This document shows positions 9,830 to 20,390 of a stretch of 64,000 nt of DNA, piece after piece. Made by a program: the position numbers and the translations under genes. The stretch is from Candidatus Poribacteria bacterium (GTDB lineage: Bacteria; Poribacteria; WGA-4E; WGA-3G), in the NCBI GenBank assembly GCA_965198235.1, contig OZ240248.1, positions 32,001-96,000 on the forward strand, in the 5' to 3' direction. The notes below the pieces were generated by a model. That model was given only the letters and a program-made list of their open reading frames with translations, did no database searches and was not told the origin of the DNA. The stretch's first letter is position 1, and every line of letters begins with the position of its first letter.

Positions 9830-10097
9830 GCGTAGTCTCGAACGTGCTGTTTTGTTGAGTTGTTTTTGTTGTCATGGTTTTCAACCCGAAGAACTTGATG
9901 AATTTCAAGTCGCTTGAGCCACTGGGTCAATATATGTTACACTTAAGAAATTACTAAAGTTTGGACAATTTGTGTGCTATCCAGACTTACTTATCACCAA
10001 TGCGTGCCGACGTTTGTTAGAAACCTGAATGAATATTCTGTTGTTTCATTACTTTGATGAAACTCGTAGAAAAAGATTCTCGGCATCAACAGCGAGC

Positions 10098-10174
10098 AGC
10101 CCCAGCGGGGCGAAATGTCTATAGCGCGCGACACATAAATACCCTAAAGCCCCAGCGGGGCGAAATGTCTATAG
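10098..10174 (+). repeat. REP-like direct doublet, 27-bp unit, 50-nt period
   Basis: AGCCCCAGCGGGGCGAAATGTCTATAG at 10098-10124 and 10148-10174. Confidence 0.85.
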
Positions 10175-10223
10175 AAGAAGTATTGGGTTAGAAGAGTGCC
10201 TAAAGTATGGTTTCCATGATGTC

Positions 10224-10511
10224 ATGGAAGCTACCTCAGGAATAGATACGGGAAAGACGGGGGATTCATCAACATCTAAGCGCGTTGCGCGTCCAGTCAA
10301 CTCGGAGGAAAAATCTGGCTATACTTCCCTGCATGATGCGGCACGGGACAATGCTTACAAGGCAGCAGCAGTATTGCTGGAAAATGGCGCGGATGCTAAC
10401 GCTGAAGATGATAAAGGTCATACGCCTTTACACATCGCGGCAGAGAGGAAAGCGCATGAGGCAGTGAAGGTGCTATGCCGTCACCGAGAACGAAGGGGAT
10501 GGTCATGGTGA
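10224..10511 (+). CDS. Short ankyrin-repeat protein (about 2 repeats), possibly a remnant
   Basis: GYTSLHDAA...LLENGADANAEDDKGHTPLHIAA. Confidence 0.75.
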   Translation: MEATSGIDTGKTGDSSTSKRVARPVNSEEKSGYTSLHDAARDNAYKAAAVLLENGADANAEDDKGHTPLHIAAERKAHEAVKVLCRHRERRGWSW

Positions 10512-10553
10512 TCGTCGTTCAATACGTGAGCTCTAAAGAATTACGGATAGTCA

Positions 10554-12869
10554 ATGACAAATATAGACACAAATAATCTTGTTTTATGGTATCAGAAACC
10601 AGCCGAGGTATGGACAGATGCACTACCCATTGGAAACGGACGGCTCGGTGCTATGGTGTTTGGCGGTGTGGAACGCGAGCGTATTCAACTCAACGAAGAA
10701 ACTCTTTGGGATGGCGGGCCCCGCGACACCAACAACCCAAAAGCTTTGGAAGCACTCCAGAAAGTGCAGCAGTTGCTCTTTGACGACAAAAACGAAGAAG
10801 CCACTAAACTCGCTGGCGAGACGATGCTTGGCGTACCAGAACGTATCAAGTCCTATCAATCCTTGGGCGATCTGTCTCTGGAGTTTTCGTATGATGATGA
10901 TCCTACTGAGTATCGCCGAGAGTTAAATCTGAACACAGGCATTGCAAAGACAACCTATCGCTGCGGAGATGTCAATTTTAGCAGAGAAGTTTTTGCGACA
11001 GCGGTAGACAACCTCATTGTCGTTAGAATTGAATCTGACACAACAGGGCAACTCGCTTTCGATGTCGCGATAACTCGGGAACAAGATGCCACTGTTGAAG
11101 CAATTGCCGCTAATATCCTTAGATTGGATGGGCAATGTGGCAATAATGGAATGCGCTTTTCAGTGTATCTACAGGTGCAAATTAAGGGCGGAAAGGTCCA
11201 GTCGGAGAACGACCAGCTTGCTGTGCGTGACGCAAATGCCGTGACCCTTCTTCTCGCCGCTGCAACAAGTTACATTAATCAGAACGATGTGAGTGGAAGC
11301 CCGCACGCGCTTTGCGAAGGTCATCTCACTAATATTGACGCAAAATCTTATACGACGGTTCGAACAGATCATATTGTCGATCATCAGGACCTCTTTCAAC
11401 GAGTGCATCTGGATCTCGGTACTACCGACGCTACGAATTTCCCTACTGACGAACGTTTGGAAGCAGTAAAGGTAGGCGCATCGGATCCGGAACTTGTTGT
11501 CCTTTACTTCCAGTATGGACGCTATTTGATGATGGGAAGTTCGAGACCAGGATGCTTCCCCGCAAATCTGCAAGGCATCTGGAACGAGCACATGAACGCC
11601 CCTTGGAATAGCGATTTCCATACCAATATCAACCTCCAAATGAACTATTGGATCCCTGAGATTTGCAACCTTGCGGAGTGCCATATCCCCTTATTCGATT
11701 ATATGGATACACTCGTTGGACCGGGGAGTCGCACAGCGAAGTGCCATTACGGTGCCAATGGCTGGGTTGTCCATCATCTTTCTGACGTATGGGGTTTCAC
11801 AACACCTGCTGACGGCATCTGGGGTATTTGGCCCGTAGGTGCCGCGTGGCTATGTGAACATGTGTGGGAACACTATCTTTTCGGTGGCGATAAAGATTTT
11901 CTCATAGGACAGGGCTATCCACTCATGAAAGGTGCCGCCCGCTTCATACTGGATTTTCTCGTTGAGGCACCCGAAGGCACGCCTTTTGCTGGTAAACTCG
12001 TCACGAATCCGTCACACTCACCCGAAAACAGCTTCCTAAAGTCTGATGGCACACGCTCCCTTTTTACCTACGCTGCAACGATGGACCTGGAAATTATTCA
12101 TGAGCTCTTTACCAACTGTATCGCCTGCATTGATGTTCTCGGGGAGGATGCCGAATTCCGTGCTGAATTGGTTTCCGCTCTGGAACGACTCGCACCGCTC
12201 CAGATTAGCGAGAAAACAGGACGGCTGCAGGAATGGGTCTTTGACTACGACGAACCGGAACCAGGACACCGACACATGTCCCACATGTATGCACTCCACC
12301 CAAGTTGCCAGATTACGCTGCATGGGACACCGAAGTTAGCAGCCGCGGCAAAGAAATCGTTGGAATATCGCTTGGCACACGGGGGTGGACATACGGGTTG
12401 GAGCCGCGCGTGGCTCGTCAATTTCTGGGCACGGCTTGAGGATGCCGAGGAGGCATACACGCATCTCCAAGCACTTCTGGCGAAATGCACCTTAACGAAC
12501 CTCTTTGATACACATCCACCTTTCCAGATCGATGGAAATTTCGGGGGAACCTCCGGCATTGCAGAGATGTTGCTTCAGAGCCATGCGGGTGAGATTCACC
12601 TATTGCCCGCGCTTCCAAAAGCATGGGGCACAGGAAGCGCCAGTGGATTGCGTGCCCGCGGCGGATTTGAAGTGGCAATGGCATGGGAGAATGGACAACT
12701 CACCGAGGCACACCTTCATTCCACATTGGGAGAAGACTGCACTGTCCGAACAGCCGCAACTGTTTCGGTGACATGTGATGGTGTACCGGTTGAAACGGAA
12801 CAATCGGAGTCGATTGTCGCATTTGGAACAGAGGCACGAAAAACTTACGCACTATCGGTTTCGAGTTAA
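10554..12869 (+). CDS. Glycoside hydrolase family 95 (alpha-1,2-L-fucosidase-like)
   Basis: [58 protein letters not shown]. Confidence 0.95.
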   Translation: MTNIDTNNLVLWYQKPAEVWTDALPIGNGRLGAMVFGGVERERIQLNEETLWDGGPRDTNNPKALEALQKVQQLLFDDKNEEATKLAGETMLGVPERIKSYQSLGDLSLEFSYDDDPTEYRRELNLNTGIAKTTYRCGDVNFSREVFATAVDNLIVVRIESDTTGQLAFDVAITREQDATVEAIAANILRLDGQCGNNGMRFSVYLQVQIKGGKVQSENDQLAVRDANAVTLLLAAATSYINQNDVSGSPHALCEGHLTNIDAKSYTTVRTDHIVDHQDLFQRVHLDLGTTDATNFPTDERLEAVKVGASDPELVVLYFQYGRYLMMGSSRPGCFPANLQGIWNEHMNAPWNSDFHTNINLQMNYWIPEICNLAECHIPLFDYMDTLVGPGSRTAKCHYGANGWVVHHLSDVWGFTTPADGIWGIWPVGAAWLCEHVWEHYLFGGDKDFLIGQGYPLMKGAARFILDFLVEAPEGTPFAGKLVTNPSHSPENSFLKSDGTRSLFTYAATMDLEIIHELFTNCIACIDVLGEDAEFRAELVSALERLAPLQISEKTGRLQEWVFDYDEPEPGHRHMSHMYALHPSCQITLHGTPKLAAAAKKSLEYRLAHGGGHTGWSRAWLVNFWARLEDAEEAYTHLQALLAKCTLTNLFDTHPPFQIDGNFGGTSGIAEMLLQSHAGEIHLLPALPKAWGTGSASGLRARGGFEVAMAWENGQLTEAHLHSTLGEDCTVRTAATVSVTCDGVPVETEQSESIVAFGTEARKTYALSVSS

Positions 12870-12875
12870 GTCTAC

Positions 12876-13793
12876 TTATATTGGCAAACGTCCTTGATTG
12901 GTATATTGCTTGATCCGCTCATTTGCCAGTTCGACGTATTTCTCCTCAATGTCGTACCCAATATAGTGTCTCCCTGATTTTAAGGCACTCAGGCACGTGG
13001 TGCCGCTTCCACAGAATGGGTCCAGGACGACATCACCTACAAAGGTATAGAGTTGAATTAACCGATGCGGCAACTCCTCCGGAAAAGGCGCAGGATGTCC
13101 GATCCGCTTCGCCGAGACGGACGGAAACGTCCAAACGCTTTTTGTCCACTCTAAGAAATCCTCTTTGCAAATCGAATTCTCTTGGTTCCCGTTGCGTTTC
13201 CGAGAAAAGGAGTCTTTGGAAAAAACGAGGATATATTCATGAACGTCCCTCAGTACGGGGTTCGCTGCCGATAACCAACTTCCCCACGCCGTTGAAGATC
13301 CAGCACTTGAAGCTTTGTCCCAAATAATCTCACCCCGCATATAGTAACCAATCGCTAACATGTCTTCTATGATGTAACTATGCAACGGGATATAGGGTTT
13401 CCGTCCTAAGTTGGCGATATTAATACATGCTCTGCCCCCAGTAACCAATTTTTTGTAGGTTTCAGCGAAAACAGCGTAGAGGAGTTCTCTGTATTCCGCG
13501 AGCGACAAATCCTCGTCATACTCCTTTTTCGCATTATACGGAGGAGACGTAACCATCAGATGAACACTGGCGTCGGGAATTGCGGACATATTTGTGCTCG
13601 AAGCACAATAGAATCGATCAAGGTTTTCAGCAGGGATAGGATTTTCTGTCCACGTGTCGGGTTTTGGAGGTTCCTGATCGGCGTAGAGTTTGCTCCCATA
13701 AAACTCACTGGCATCGTGATTGATTCTTCCAGAGGTTCCGAACGCGCTGGTTTGGGTGCCCTGTTTCCGAGATTCCGAGTTCATTTTACCCAT
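12876..13793 (-). CDS. Orphan DNA methyltransferase (N4-C/N6-A, beta class)
   Basis: TSPPY catalytic motif N-terminal, HPAPFP and VLDPFCGSGTT SAM motif C-terminal; no adjacent nuclease. Confidence 0.9.
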   Translation of the reverse strand: MGKMNSESRKQGTQTSAFGTSGRINHDASEFYGSKLYADQEPPKPDTWTENPIPAENLDRFYCASSTNMSAIPDASVHLMVTSPPYNAKKEYDEDLSLAEYRELLYAVFAETYKKLVTGGRACINIANLGRKPYIPLHSYIIEDMLAIGYYMRGEIIWDKASSAGSSTAWGSWLSAANPVLRDVHEYILVFSKDSFSRKRNGNQENSICKEDFLEWTKSVWTFPSVSAKRIGHPAPFPEELPHRLIQLYTFVGDVVLDPFCGSGTTCLSALKSGRHYIGYDIEEKYVELANERIKQYTNQGRLPI

Positions 13794-13807
13794 ACCTTCC
13801 ATTCACC

Positions 13808-15025
13808 TCAATACCGGTCTGGAGACCAGAAGATGACATCGCGTTTAGGAAACAGCATTTTTAAAAACGCCGAAACCTCAGCAGATACCGAAGCATCGGG
13901 GCTTATCTGCTCCCACCCTATCTCGCCGAACAGAAGTTTCCAGAAATCTGCTTCGGTTAAGTCTACTCCTAAGTCAACAGCATCAATATCTTCATGAACG
14001 ATTTGCAGCGTGCCATCGGCATTGTGTCGTAGAGCTGCTTGCTGATTGTTGAGAGCGGGCAATTTGACGGTGAGCGGTGGAAACGTCTCTTCGGCATCCG
14101 CAATTCGCGATTCCCACCCGACGACAAGGCGACGCAAAAGCACAGGTAGGTTCACAGCGTAGAGCATCATTGTCGTATCAGTTGTCGGAGTTAATGCGCC
14201 ATTGCATCCTGCTGTGAGGCGTTCTACAAATGGATGTTGAGGCGGGAATGTACCTTCTATTTTCTCAACCTCTTGTGCTTCACACGCTTTCAGAAAATGG
14301 GATACGAATGCCTCTAAGACTCCTGGATTATTAGGGATGTATCCTACCTCACGCACTTCTGCGGTCTTTTCATATATCTCATAGTTAAGATACCCGCCGA
14401 TGTGTCCGTCTCGGCGTGCCACGAGGGTTGGAAAAACACCACGGATGCGGCAGGGGGCCATATCCCAATAAGCGCGTGTCCGTGCGATGGTTCCACTCTG
14501 CTGGGCATTGATGAGGTCGTGTAGTCTCGCCACCGCATCTAAATCTGTTTCTGGGTTGAAAGTGTTTATCTCCCATCCGGATGGATATTCTACGTTCATC
14601 GTCGAGTTGCGCGGCACGACGAAACCGTGCAAAGGGAGGGAGGTCCATCCCAATTGGCGGTAAAAGCCCTCTGGAATGATAGTAAACAACGCACCGATGT
14701 CACATCCCGTCATCCGCAGATAGTCAATTGTATCCCGCATGAGGGCAGATGCATACCCAACCCCACGATACTTCGGATGTGTGCAAACACCACCAATGCC
14801 ACCCATCGTTACGAAGGATGCCCCGACCCGTATCCGTCGTTCCCAGACGCGCAAGGTTGAAATAACTGTGTCGTTCACAACAACAACCCGGGTTTGCGGA
14901 AGTCTGTAACTGCTGTCACCGCGCACATACTGCCAATAACGTTCATGTCCATCGGGATTAAACGCTAAGCAGCAAAGTTCAACGACCTGCTCTAATTCTG
15001 ATTCGCGACCTGCTCTAATTTCCAT
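13808..15025 (-). CDS. GNAT acetyltransferase, Eis-like
   Basis: GGIGGVCTHPKYRGVGYASALM, FYRQLGW; tandem GNAT plus SCP2-like tail architecture. Confidence 0.85.
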   Translation of the reverse strand: MEIRAGRESELEQVVELCCLAFNPDGHERYWQYVRGDSSYRLPQTRVVVVNDTVISTLRVWERRIRVGASFVTMGGIGGVCTHPKYRGVGYASALMRDTIDYLRMTGCDIGALFTIIPEGFYRQLGWTSLPLHGFVVPRNSTMNVEYPSGWEINTFNPETDLDAVARLHDLINAQQSGTIARTRAYWDMAPCRIRGVFPTLVARRDGHIGGYLNYEIYEKTAEVREVGYIPNNPGVLEAFVSHFLKACEAQEVEKIEGTFPPQHPFVERLTAGCNGALTPTTDTTMMLYAVNLPVLLRRLVVGWESRIADAEETFPPLTVKLPALNNQQAALRHNADGTLQIVHEDIDAVDLGVDLTEADFWKLLFGEIGWEQISPDASVSAEVSAFLKMLFPKRDVIFWSPDRY

Positions 15026-15195
15026 TTTTCTAACTATGGGCTCCTGGGCATCGTTCCACTTCGTTTCACGATGGTTTCTGGTTAGATTCAACAGGGTTTG
15101 GGATATGTGCACCTTTAAGAGTATTCCATCCCTTTATCAAATCTTCCCGCCAAACTCCTGCTTGAGCGGCGGGAGTATGCCAACCTAATGTTCAT

Positions 15196-16245
15196 CTACT
15201 GCATTGAGAAAACAACGCCCAACGCCTCATTCGGCGTTTGAATCAATTTTTCACACCCTTCGGGTGCCTGATCAATCGGAATCATATCTGTAATCAGCGG
15301 TTTCACCTGGACTTTGCCCTCCGACATCAGCCGTAGTGATAATTCTAAGTTGCGCTGTGTGGGCCAAGGGACAAACACCGGTGGGTAATCCGCGCCGTGC
15401 TCATAATCCTCGTCGTGGTAACCGGGTCCCGTGCGAGCCGCACTAATAACATCAACGTTGCCGAGACCCGCCGCAAAACCGTGTGTAATGTTCGCACCAC
15501 CGACGATAACAATCCGTCCAACTTTGTGGGTATCGGGTGCGGTTTTCAGCATCGCACGGATCTGTTGAAACGCACTTGTTCCATCGCCACCGAAGGCGAT
15601 AATTCCGCAATCCATACCGTAACCATTCGTAAATTCATTCGCAATTGGAATCGGATCTGCGTCCGAGACGTTTATCGCGCGATGTATCCCCGCGGCTTCT
15701 GCAATGCCTATCCGTAGCGGCAACCTATCCAATCCAATGACATAGGCACCTGCGACTCTGGCTATCTGACACGCGAATTGTCCGACAATACCTAATCCAG
15801 CAACGACAACGTTTTCGCCGATACGGATGCGCCCGCGTTGCACCGCGTGCAACGCCGTTGCTGTAAGATGAATAGATGCCCCTTCTTCGTCGCTGACGTT
15901 ATCCGGAATCTTCGCGCATAGGTTGTGTGGAACACAGGCATACGTGGCGTGGAGCGCATATCCGCCTCCCATACCAGCCACCCTATCGCCGATCTCAAAT
16001 TCGTCGCAATCTCCCTCTTTGCCAATGACCACCCCCGCGTTCGTATAACCGAACGGACGTTGTCGCGCTTCAGAACCTGGGTTCTCGCGTCGTCGTTTGA
16101 CACCACCGAGTTCCGAGCCGGGACTTACCATCGAAGCATGAACTTCAATTAAGAGTTGTCCGGGTTTCGGTGCAGGCGTTTCCTCTTCATCTGTCCAGAT
16201 ACGTCCCGCTTCATTCATCATCAAAACTTTTCTTGTTTTACTCAT
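15196..16245 (-). CDS. MDR-family (zinc-type alcohol dehydrogenase-like) oxidoreductase
   Basis: VSPGSE, PFGYTNAG, GLGIVGQ NAD-binding motif. Confidence 0.88.
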   Translation of the reverse strand: MSKTRKVLMMNEAGRIWTDEEETPAPKPGQLLIEVHASMVSPGSELGGVKRRRENPGSEARQRPFGYTNAGVVIGKEGDCDEFEIGDRVAGMGGGYALHATYACVPHNLCAKIPDNVSDEEGASIHLTATALHAVQRGRIRIGENVVVAGLGIVGQFACQIARVAGAYVIGLDRLPLRIGIAEAAGIHRAINVSDADPIPIANEFTNGYGMDCGIIAFGGDGTSAFQQIRAMLKTAPDTHKVGRIVIVGGANITHGFAAGLGNVDVISAARTGPGYHDEDYEHGADYPPVFVPWPTQRNLELSLRLMSEGKVQVKPLITDMIPIDQAPEGCEKLIQTPNEALGVVFSMQ

Positions 16246-16308
16246 AAACAGTCCTCTCTGTTTCTTTATGTTTGTGGGCGCGCTTTGCAAGCGCGCTAAA
16301 CCGAATAT

Positions 16309-17271
16309 CTACCGATAGGGATCCAAATCAATACCCGGATATGCCTGTTCAAGACGTGCAAGGGCTTCCGGCGTATAGTATGCATCACCCGGAGCGGGCC
16401 ACCCCAGAACGCGTCGCACGGCGGGGGTCGTTTGCGCGACAAATTTCATATATTGTGGGCTACCCCAGCCGGGTACAGGGCGCGTCGTTTTGCACCAATC
16501 GGCATTGTCCGCACGATGAAAATGATAGCCCATCCATCCGCGCTGTCTGGTTTTGTTCTGAAACGGTTGCGCTGCGTGAACCAAGTAACTGGAACGGAAC
16601 GCGACACTCCCCGCTTTCGCCGTAAGGGGAATCGGATCTCCGAGTTCTTTAAATTCACGTAAGTCAGGAATACCCATTCCGCCTGCTCTACCCGGGTACC
16701 TCGCCCATATTTTATCCAACTGGTTCTGTGAACCTGGGCAGACGAGCATCGGTGCACCGTCCAATTCGATGTCATGTAGGAAAATAGCGGACAGAATATA
16801 TCCGTAGCGTTGCCAATCCGGATGTGGTGGCAAGGCGGAATTCGTCGCATTGTCAATATGATACCCCTGCCACGGATGTTCACTGTGACGGCTATCGGTG
16901 AGCCCCTCTCGAAGGAAGATTTGTCCATAACTGAGCCGAATTTCTTCTGTGCCTAACAATTGCTGCGCGATTGCGAGATATGTCTCGTTTTCGATGAGCT
17001 TATCCACCACTTCCAAGCCTGTCGGAAAATGCAGTGCTTTACCAAAGGGACCAGCGAGCCGTTGCATATCGCTGTTTTTCTCATAGGCACTTTTCAGTGC
17101 GTCTGGTTGCGGATCCCATTTCGCTCGATATTCGGCGTAAGTCAAGCCATCGTAAGCATTTTGTTCAACCTTTTCTAACGCGGGTGCAATTGCTTTCGGT
17201 GAAAACACGTTGGGCACCACGATTATTCCATTTCGGTTCCATGCTGTCAATTGTTCCGTTGTGAGTTGCAT
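16309..17271 (-). CDS. Phytanoyl-CoA dioxygenase (PhyH) family Fe/2OG enzyme
   Basis: QLTAWNRNGIIVVPNVFS, YHID, CPGS, AKAGSVAF...LVHAA; RBS GGAGG. Confidence 0.85.
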   Translation of the reverse strand: MQLTTEQLTAWNRNGIIVVPNVFSPKAIAPALEKVEQNAYDGLTYAEYRAKWDPQPDALKSAYEKNSDMQRLAGPFGKALHFPTGLEVVDKLIENETYLAIAQQLLGTEEIRLSYGQIFLREGLTDSRHSEHPWQGYHIDNATNSALPPHPDWQRYGYILSAIFLHDIELDGAPMLVCPGSQNQLDKIWARYPGRAGGMGIPDLREFKELGDPIPLTAKAGSVAFRSSYLVHAAQPFQNKTRQRGWMGYHFHRADNADWCKTTRPVPGWGSPQYMKFVAQTTPAVRRVLGWPAPGDAYYTPEALARLEQAYPGIDLDPYR

Positions 17272-17276
17272 GACAT

Positions 17277-18314
17277 TCACCTCCGTGTGAACGTTTCCCA
17301 TTTATCCTCTTGAATCATTTCACTATCTGCTTTCTGCTGAATCGTCTGCCACCATTCCTGGTTCTCAACGTACCATTGGATCGTCTCGCGCATACCATCT
17401 TCAAATGCAATAATCGGTTTCCAACCCATATCATGGGCAATCTTGCTTGAATCAAGGAGATAACGGCAATCATGCCCCGGTCGGTCGGGAACATAAGTTT
17501 TCAGAGCCTGTGGTTTGTTAAGAATATCCAATATGAAATCGCTAATCTCTTCAATACTCTTCTCCACGCCACTTCCGACGTTGTAGGTCTCGCCGATTTT
17601 GCCGTACTCAAGAACTGCCGCGATTGCCCTGCAATGATCCTCGACGTGCAACCATTCTCGTCGGTTATGACTGCTTCGGTAGAGCGTTAACGGTAAATCT
17701 TGGATTGCATTTGTTGTAAAGAGTGGAATGAGTTTCTCCGGATGCTGATACGGACCGTAGTTGTTCGCACAATTGGAAATCGTTATCGGCATACCGAAAC
17801 TATGGAAGTAGGCGTTCACGAGATGATCCGCTGCCGCTTTAGAGGCGTTGTAGGGCGTCTGCGGACGGTATGGTGCGTTTTCGCTGAATCTGTCAGGTGA
17901 GTCCAAAGGGAGTTCGCCATAAACCTCGCATGTAGAGATGTGATGAAACCGCTGTACACCGTGCTTCCGAGACGCATCCAGTAACACCTGTGTCCCTATC
18001 ACGTTCGTTTCAAAGAAACGCCGCGGATGCAGAATTGCACGACTGTTGTGTGACTCCGCAGCGAAATTGACAATTACGTCCGGATGCTCTTTTTTCAGAG
18101 TGCTTTCCACAAGAGCAGTGTCCAGAATATCACCGCTCACAAACCTGTACCGATTTGGGTGGTGGGTTTCCGCTATGTCCGTCAGATTGGAGAGATTTCC
18201 AGCGTACGTCAGTCGGTCAAAGTTGACGATAACATCGTCCGAATTACATTGCAGCCAGTATCGGATGAAGTTGGTACCGATAAATCCAGCACCACCCGTG
18301 ACCAATAATTTCAT
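17277..18314 (-). CDS. rfbB: dTDP-glucose 4,6-dehydratase
   Basis: LVTGGAGFIG, DRLTYAGN, NFAAESH, YNASKAA, NNYGPYQHPEKLIP, DRPGHD. Confidence 0.92.
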   Translation of the reverse strand: MKLLVTGGAGFIGTNFIRYWLQCNSDDVIVNFDRLTYAGNLSNLTDIAETHHPNRYRFVSGDILDTALVESTLKKEHPDVIVNFAAESHNSRAILHPRRFFETNVIGTQVLLDASRKHGVQRFHHISTCEVYGELPLDSPDRFSENAPYRPQTPYNASKAAADHLVNAYFHSFGMPITISNCANNYGPYQHPEKLIPLFTTNAIQDLPLTLYRSSHNRREWLHVEDHCRAIAAVLEYGKIGETYNVGSGVEKSIEEISDFILDILNKPQALKTYVPDRPGHDCRYLLDSSKIAHDMGWKPIIAFEDGMRETIQWYVENQEWWQTIQQKADSEMIQEDKWETFTRR

Positions 18315-19081
18315 CAAAGTTTCCCTTCTAAGAGATCGAATAGTTCGGCTTGATCTGGTTCTATTTCTTCGGTCCGGGTGATGTCATCCTCATATATCTC
18401 ACGTTCCCTGCCTATTGCCTGATTTTTCAAGTTTGCTGGTGCTTTTCTTCTTCCTGTCGGCGCGAGAATGTCTAAATCTATTTTTTCATGCGCCGCGGCG
18501 ACCTGTTTTTGAGCATGGTTGAGTTCGTGGCGAACAAAGATAAAATAGGCATCATCACCGTTTGGCATGTCGTCAAGCGACTCAAGAAGATTTAGAAATG
18601 TATTCGGTTCGTTTTCTTCTAACCACTTCATAGACTCGGCAAAGGCAACTCGCGTTCTATATTGATACATGTTATGATTGCGCTCTCGCAGGACAGACCA
18701 AAGCCGTTCCACCCGGTCGATATGTTGTGCTATCAGTGTGCCTTCGCCGTTAAGGGCAAGTTTTCGTCTTTTCCGTTCTGCTTTTGCTGCTACGCGCTCC
18801 GCTGCCTGCTGTGCTTCTTGTGCTGCCCGGTCATCTAATATTGTCTGCTCGCGTGTTTTCCTCCGGGCATCAAACCGATCGTAAAGTGCCGCGACTGCTG
18901 GCTCCATCATAACAGTCTTAAATTTTTCCGGATCCTGACGTTCAACGTACAACAAAGAGTCGTATGCAAGCGGATCCGCATTAGGCGAATTTAACTTCAC
19001 CAACCGCAAGGCTCGCTCAGCATGCTGCTCTGTCTTTGTGCCGACACCATTCAAACGAAATTTACCGCGTTTTTTAGCCAT
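18314..19081 (-). CDS. Hypothetical protein (charged, helical)
   Basis: RBS AAGGAG; stop overlaps the rfbB start (TGATG); no family recognised. Confidence 0.7.
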   Translation of the reverse strand: MAKKRGKFRLNGVGTKTEQHAERALRLVKLNSPNADPLAYDSLLYVERQDPEKFKTVMMEPAVAALYDRFDARRKTREQTILDDRAAQEAQQAAERVAAKAERKRRKLALNGEGTLIAQHIDRVERLWSVLRERNHNMYQYRTRVAFAESMKWLEENEPNTFLNLLESLDDMPNGDDAYFIFVRHELNHAQKQVAAAHEKIDLDILAPTGRRKAPANLKNQAIGREREIYEDDITRTEEIEPDQAELFDLLEGKL

Positions 19082-19193
19082 CAACTGCTCCTTTCAAATG
19101 AATAACTCTATCTTATCAAAAATGAGTGTGGTCTGTCAATCTAAATTCGTTTGTATGAATGAAGATTCCGAGTTACAGAAAACGATAAAACTG

Positions 19194-19222
19194 TTGACAA
19201 ATAATCGTGAATATCCTAAAAT
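19194..19222 (+). promoter_or_regulatory. Sigma70-type promoter
   Basis: TTGACA-17-TAAAAT. Confidence 0.65.
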
Positions 19223-19288
19223 AAAAGACAAATCTAATGCGTAATACTTCAATACCGCAGGGTTCCGTGCCTTGCGAAGGGGGAAAGA

Positions 19289-20227
19289 ATGCGCCAACGC
19301 AAATTAGGAAATACAGGGTTAACCGTTTCTGAAATCGGCATGGGAACATGGGAGCTCGGGGGCCGTGAATGGGGAGACATCGGTGAAACTGACGCTGTGG
19401 ATCTCCTCCGATACGCCTTTGAAAGTGGTGTTACCTATTACGATACAGCAGACCAATACGGTGGCGGCCGTGCTGAACGCCTGCTCGGTGAAGCCTTTTC
19501 GGCACTCGGCAATAGGGTTGTCATTGCAACGAAACTCGGCTATGAATTAGATTCCGATGGCTGGATTAGCCATGGATGGGAGCATCCATCGTTCAACGTC
19601 TCGCCGGACTATATCCGTCTGGCAGTTGAAGGGAGTCTCACACGGTTGAAGCGCGATGTTATAGACATCTACCAATTCCACTCGTCACCCCCCGCAGACG
19701 CATGGGATGACGCGTTTGGAACAATGGAGGAACTCAAAGCCGAAGGGAAAATTCGCTTTTACGGGATGGGTCTCGGCAGCGAGGCAGACGCGCTAAAGGC
19801 AATGGAAGACACCGGTATCTCTTCATTGATGCTCACCTATAACATTCTCACGCAAGGGATGGCGACCCCTGTGATGGAAACCGCCGCCGAGAACGGTATC
19901 GCTGTTGTCGTACGGCAGCCCCTATCGTCAGGTTTACTCTCTGGGCAACTCGGACCGGAGACTGTCTTTGCGGAAAACGATTATCGAAAAACTTGGTCTC
20001 GTGAGAAATTTCTCGCCGATCTGGAGCGGGTAGAACAGGTTAAGTCGATCATTGGTACTAAAGCGCGCAGTCTCCCACAAGCCGCTCTCAAATTTATCTT
20101 GGCACACCCAACTGTTTCCAGTGTTGTCCCAGGGATGATGACACCGGCGCAAGTTGACGACGGGGTTGCGACTTCGGGTTCCGCGCCTTTGCCTGCTGAC
20201 ATTTTGGAACAATTACGCAACGATTGA
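19289..20227 (+). CDS. Aldo/keto reductase
   Basis: LGNTGLTVSEIGMGT, YDTADQYG, SLTRLKRDVIDIYQFH. Confidence 0.93.
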   Translation: MRQRKLGNTGLTVSEIGMGTWELGGREWGDIGETDAVDLLRYAFESGVTYYDTADQYGGGRAERLLGEAFSALGNRVVIATKLGYELDSDGWISHGWEHPSFNVSPDYIRLAVEGSLTRLKRDVIDIYQFHSSPPADAWDDAFGTMEELKAEGKIRFYGMGLGSEADALKAMEDTGISSLMLTYNILTQGMATPVMETAAENGIAVVVRQPLSSGLLSGQLGPETVFAENDYRKTWSREKFLADLERVEQVKSIIGTKARSLPQAALKFILAHPTVSSVVPGMMTPAQVDDGVATSGSAPLPADILEQLRND

Positions 20228-20288
20228 GGGAGTCCGTATGCAGGCAGAATGACCGATGGTTATTTTCAAATTTAATGAAAAAATAAGT

Positions 20289-20317
20289 TTGACATTTTTG
20301 GTAACTTGCGCTAAACT
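20289..20317 (+). promoter_or_regulatory. Sigma70-type promoter
   Basis: TTGACA-17-TAAACT. Confidence 0.6.
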
Positions 20318-20390
20318 GTTTTCGTTAGTTGAACAGAGGCAAAAACCACAACATATTTTTCTACAATCGAAGTACGGAGGTTAGAGAAAA

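Noticed and set aside
10098-10174. Mini CRISPR array (also 29945-30019 and 32806-33815)
   Set aside because: Only two units or inverted arrangement, dispersed related copies, and no cas genes; better explained as REP-like repeats
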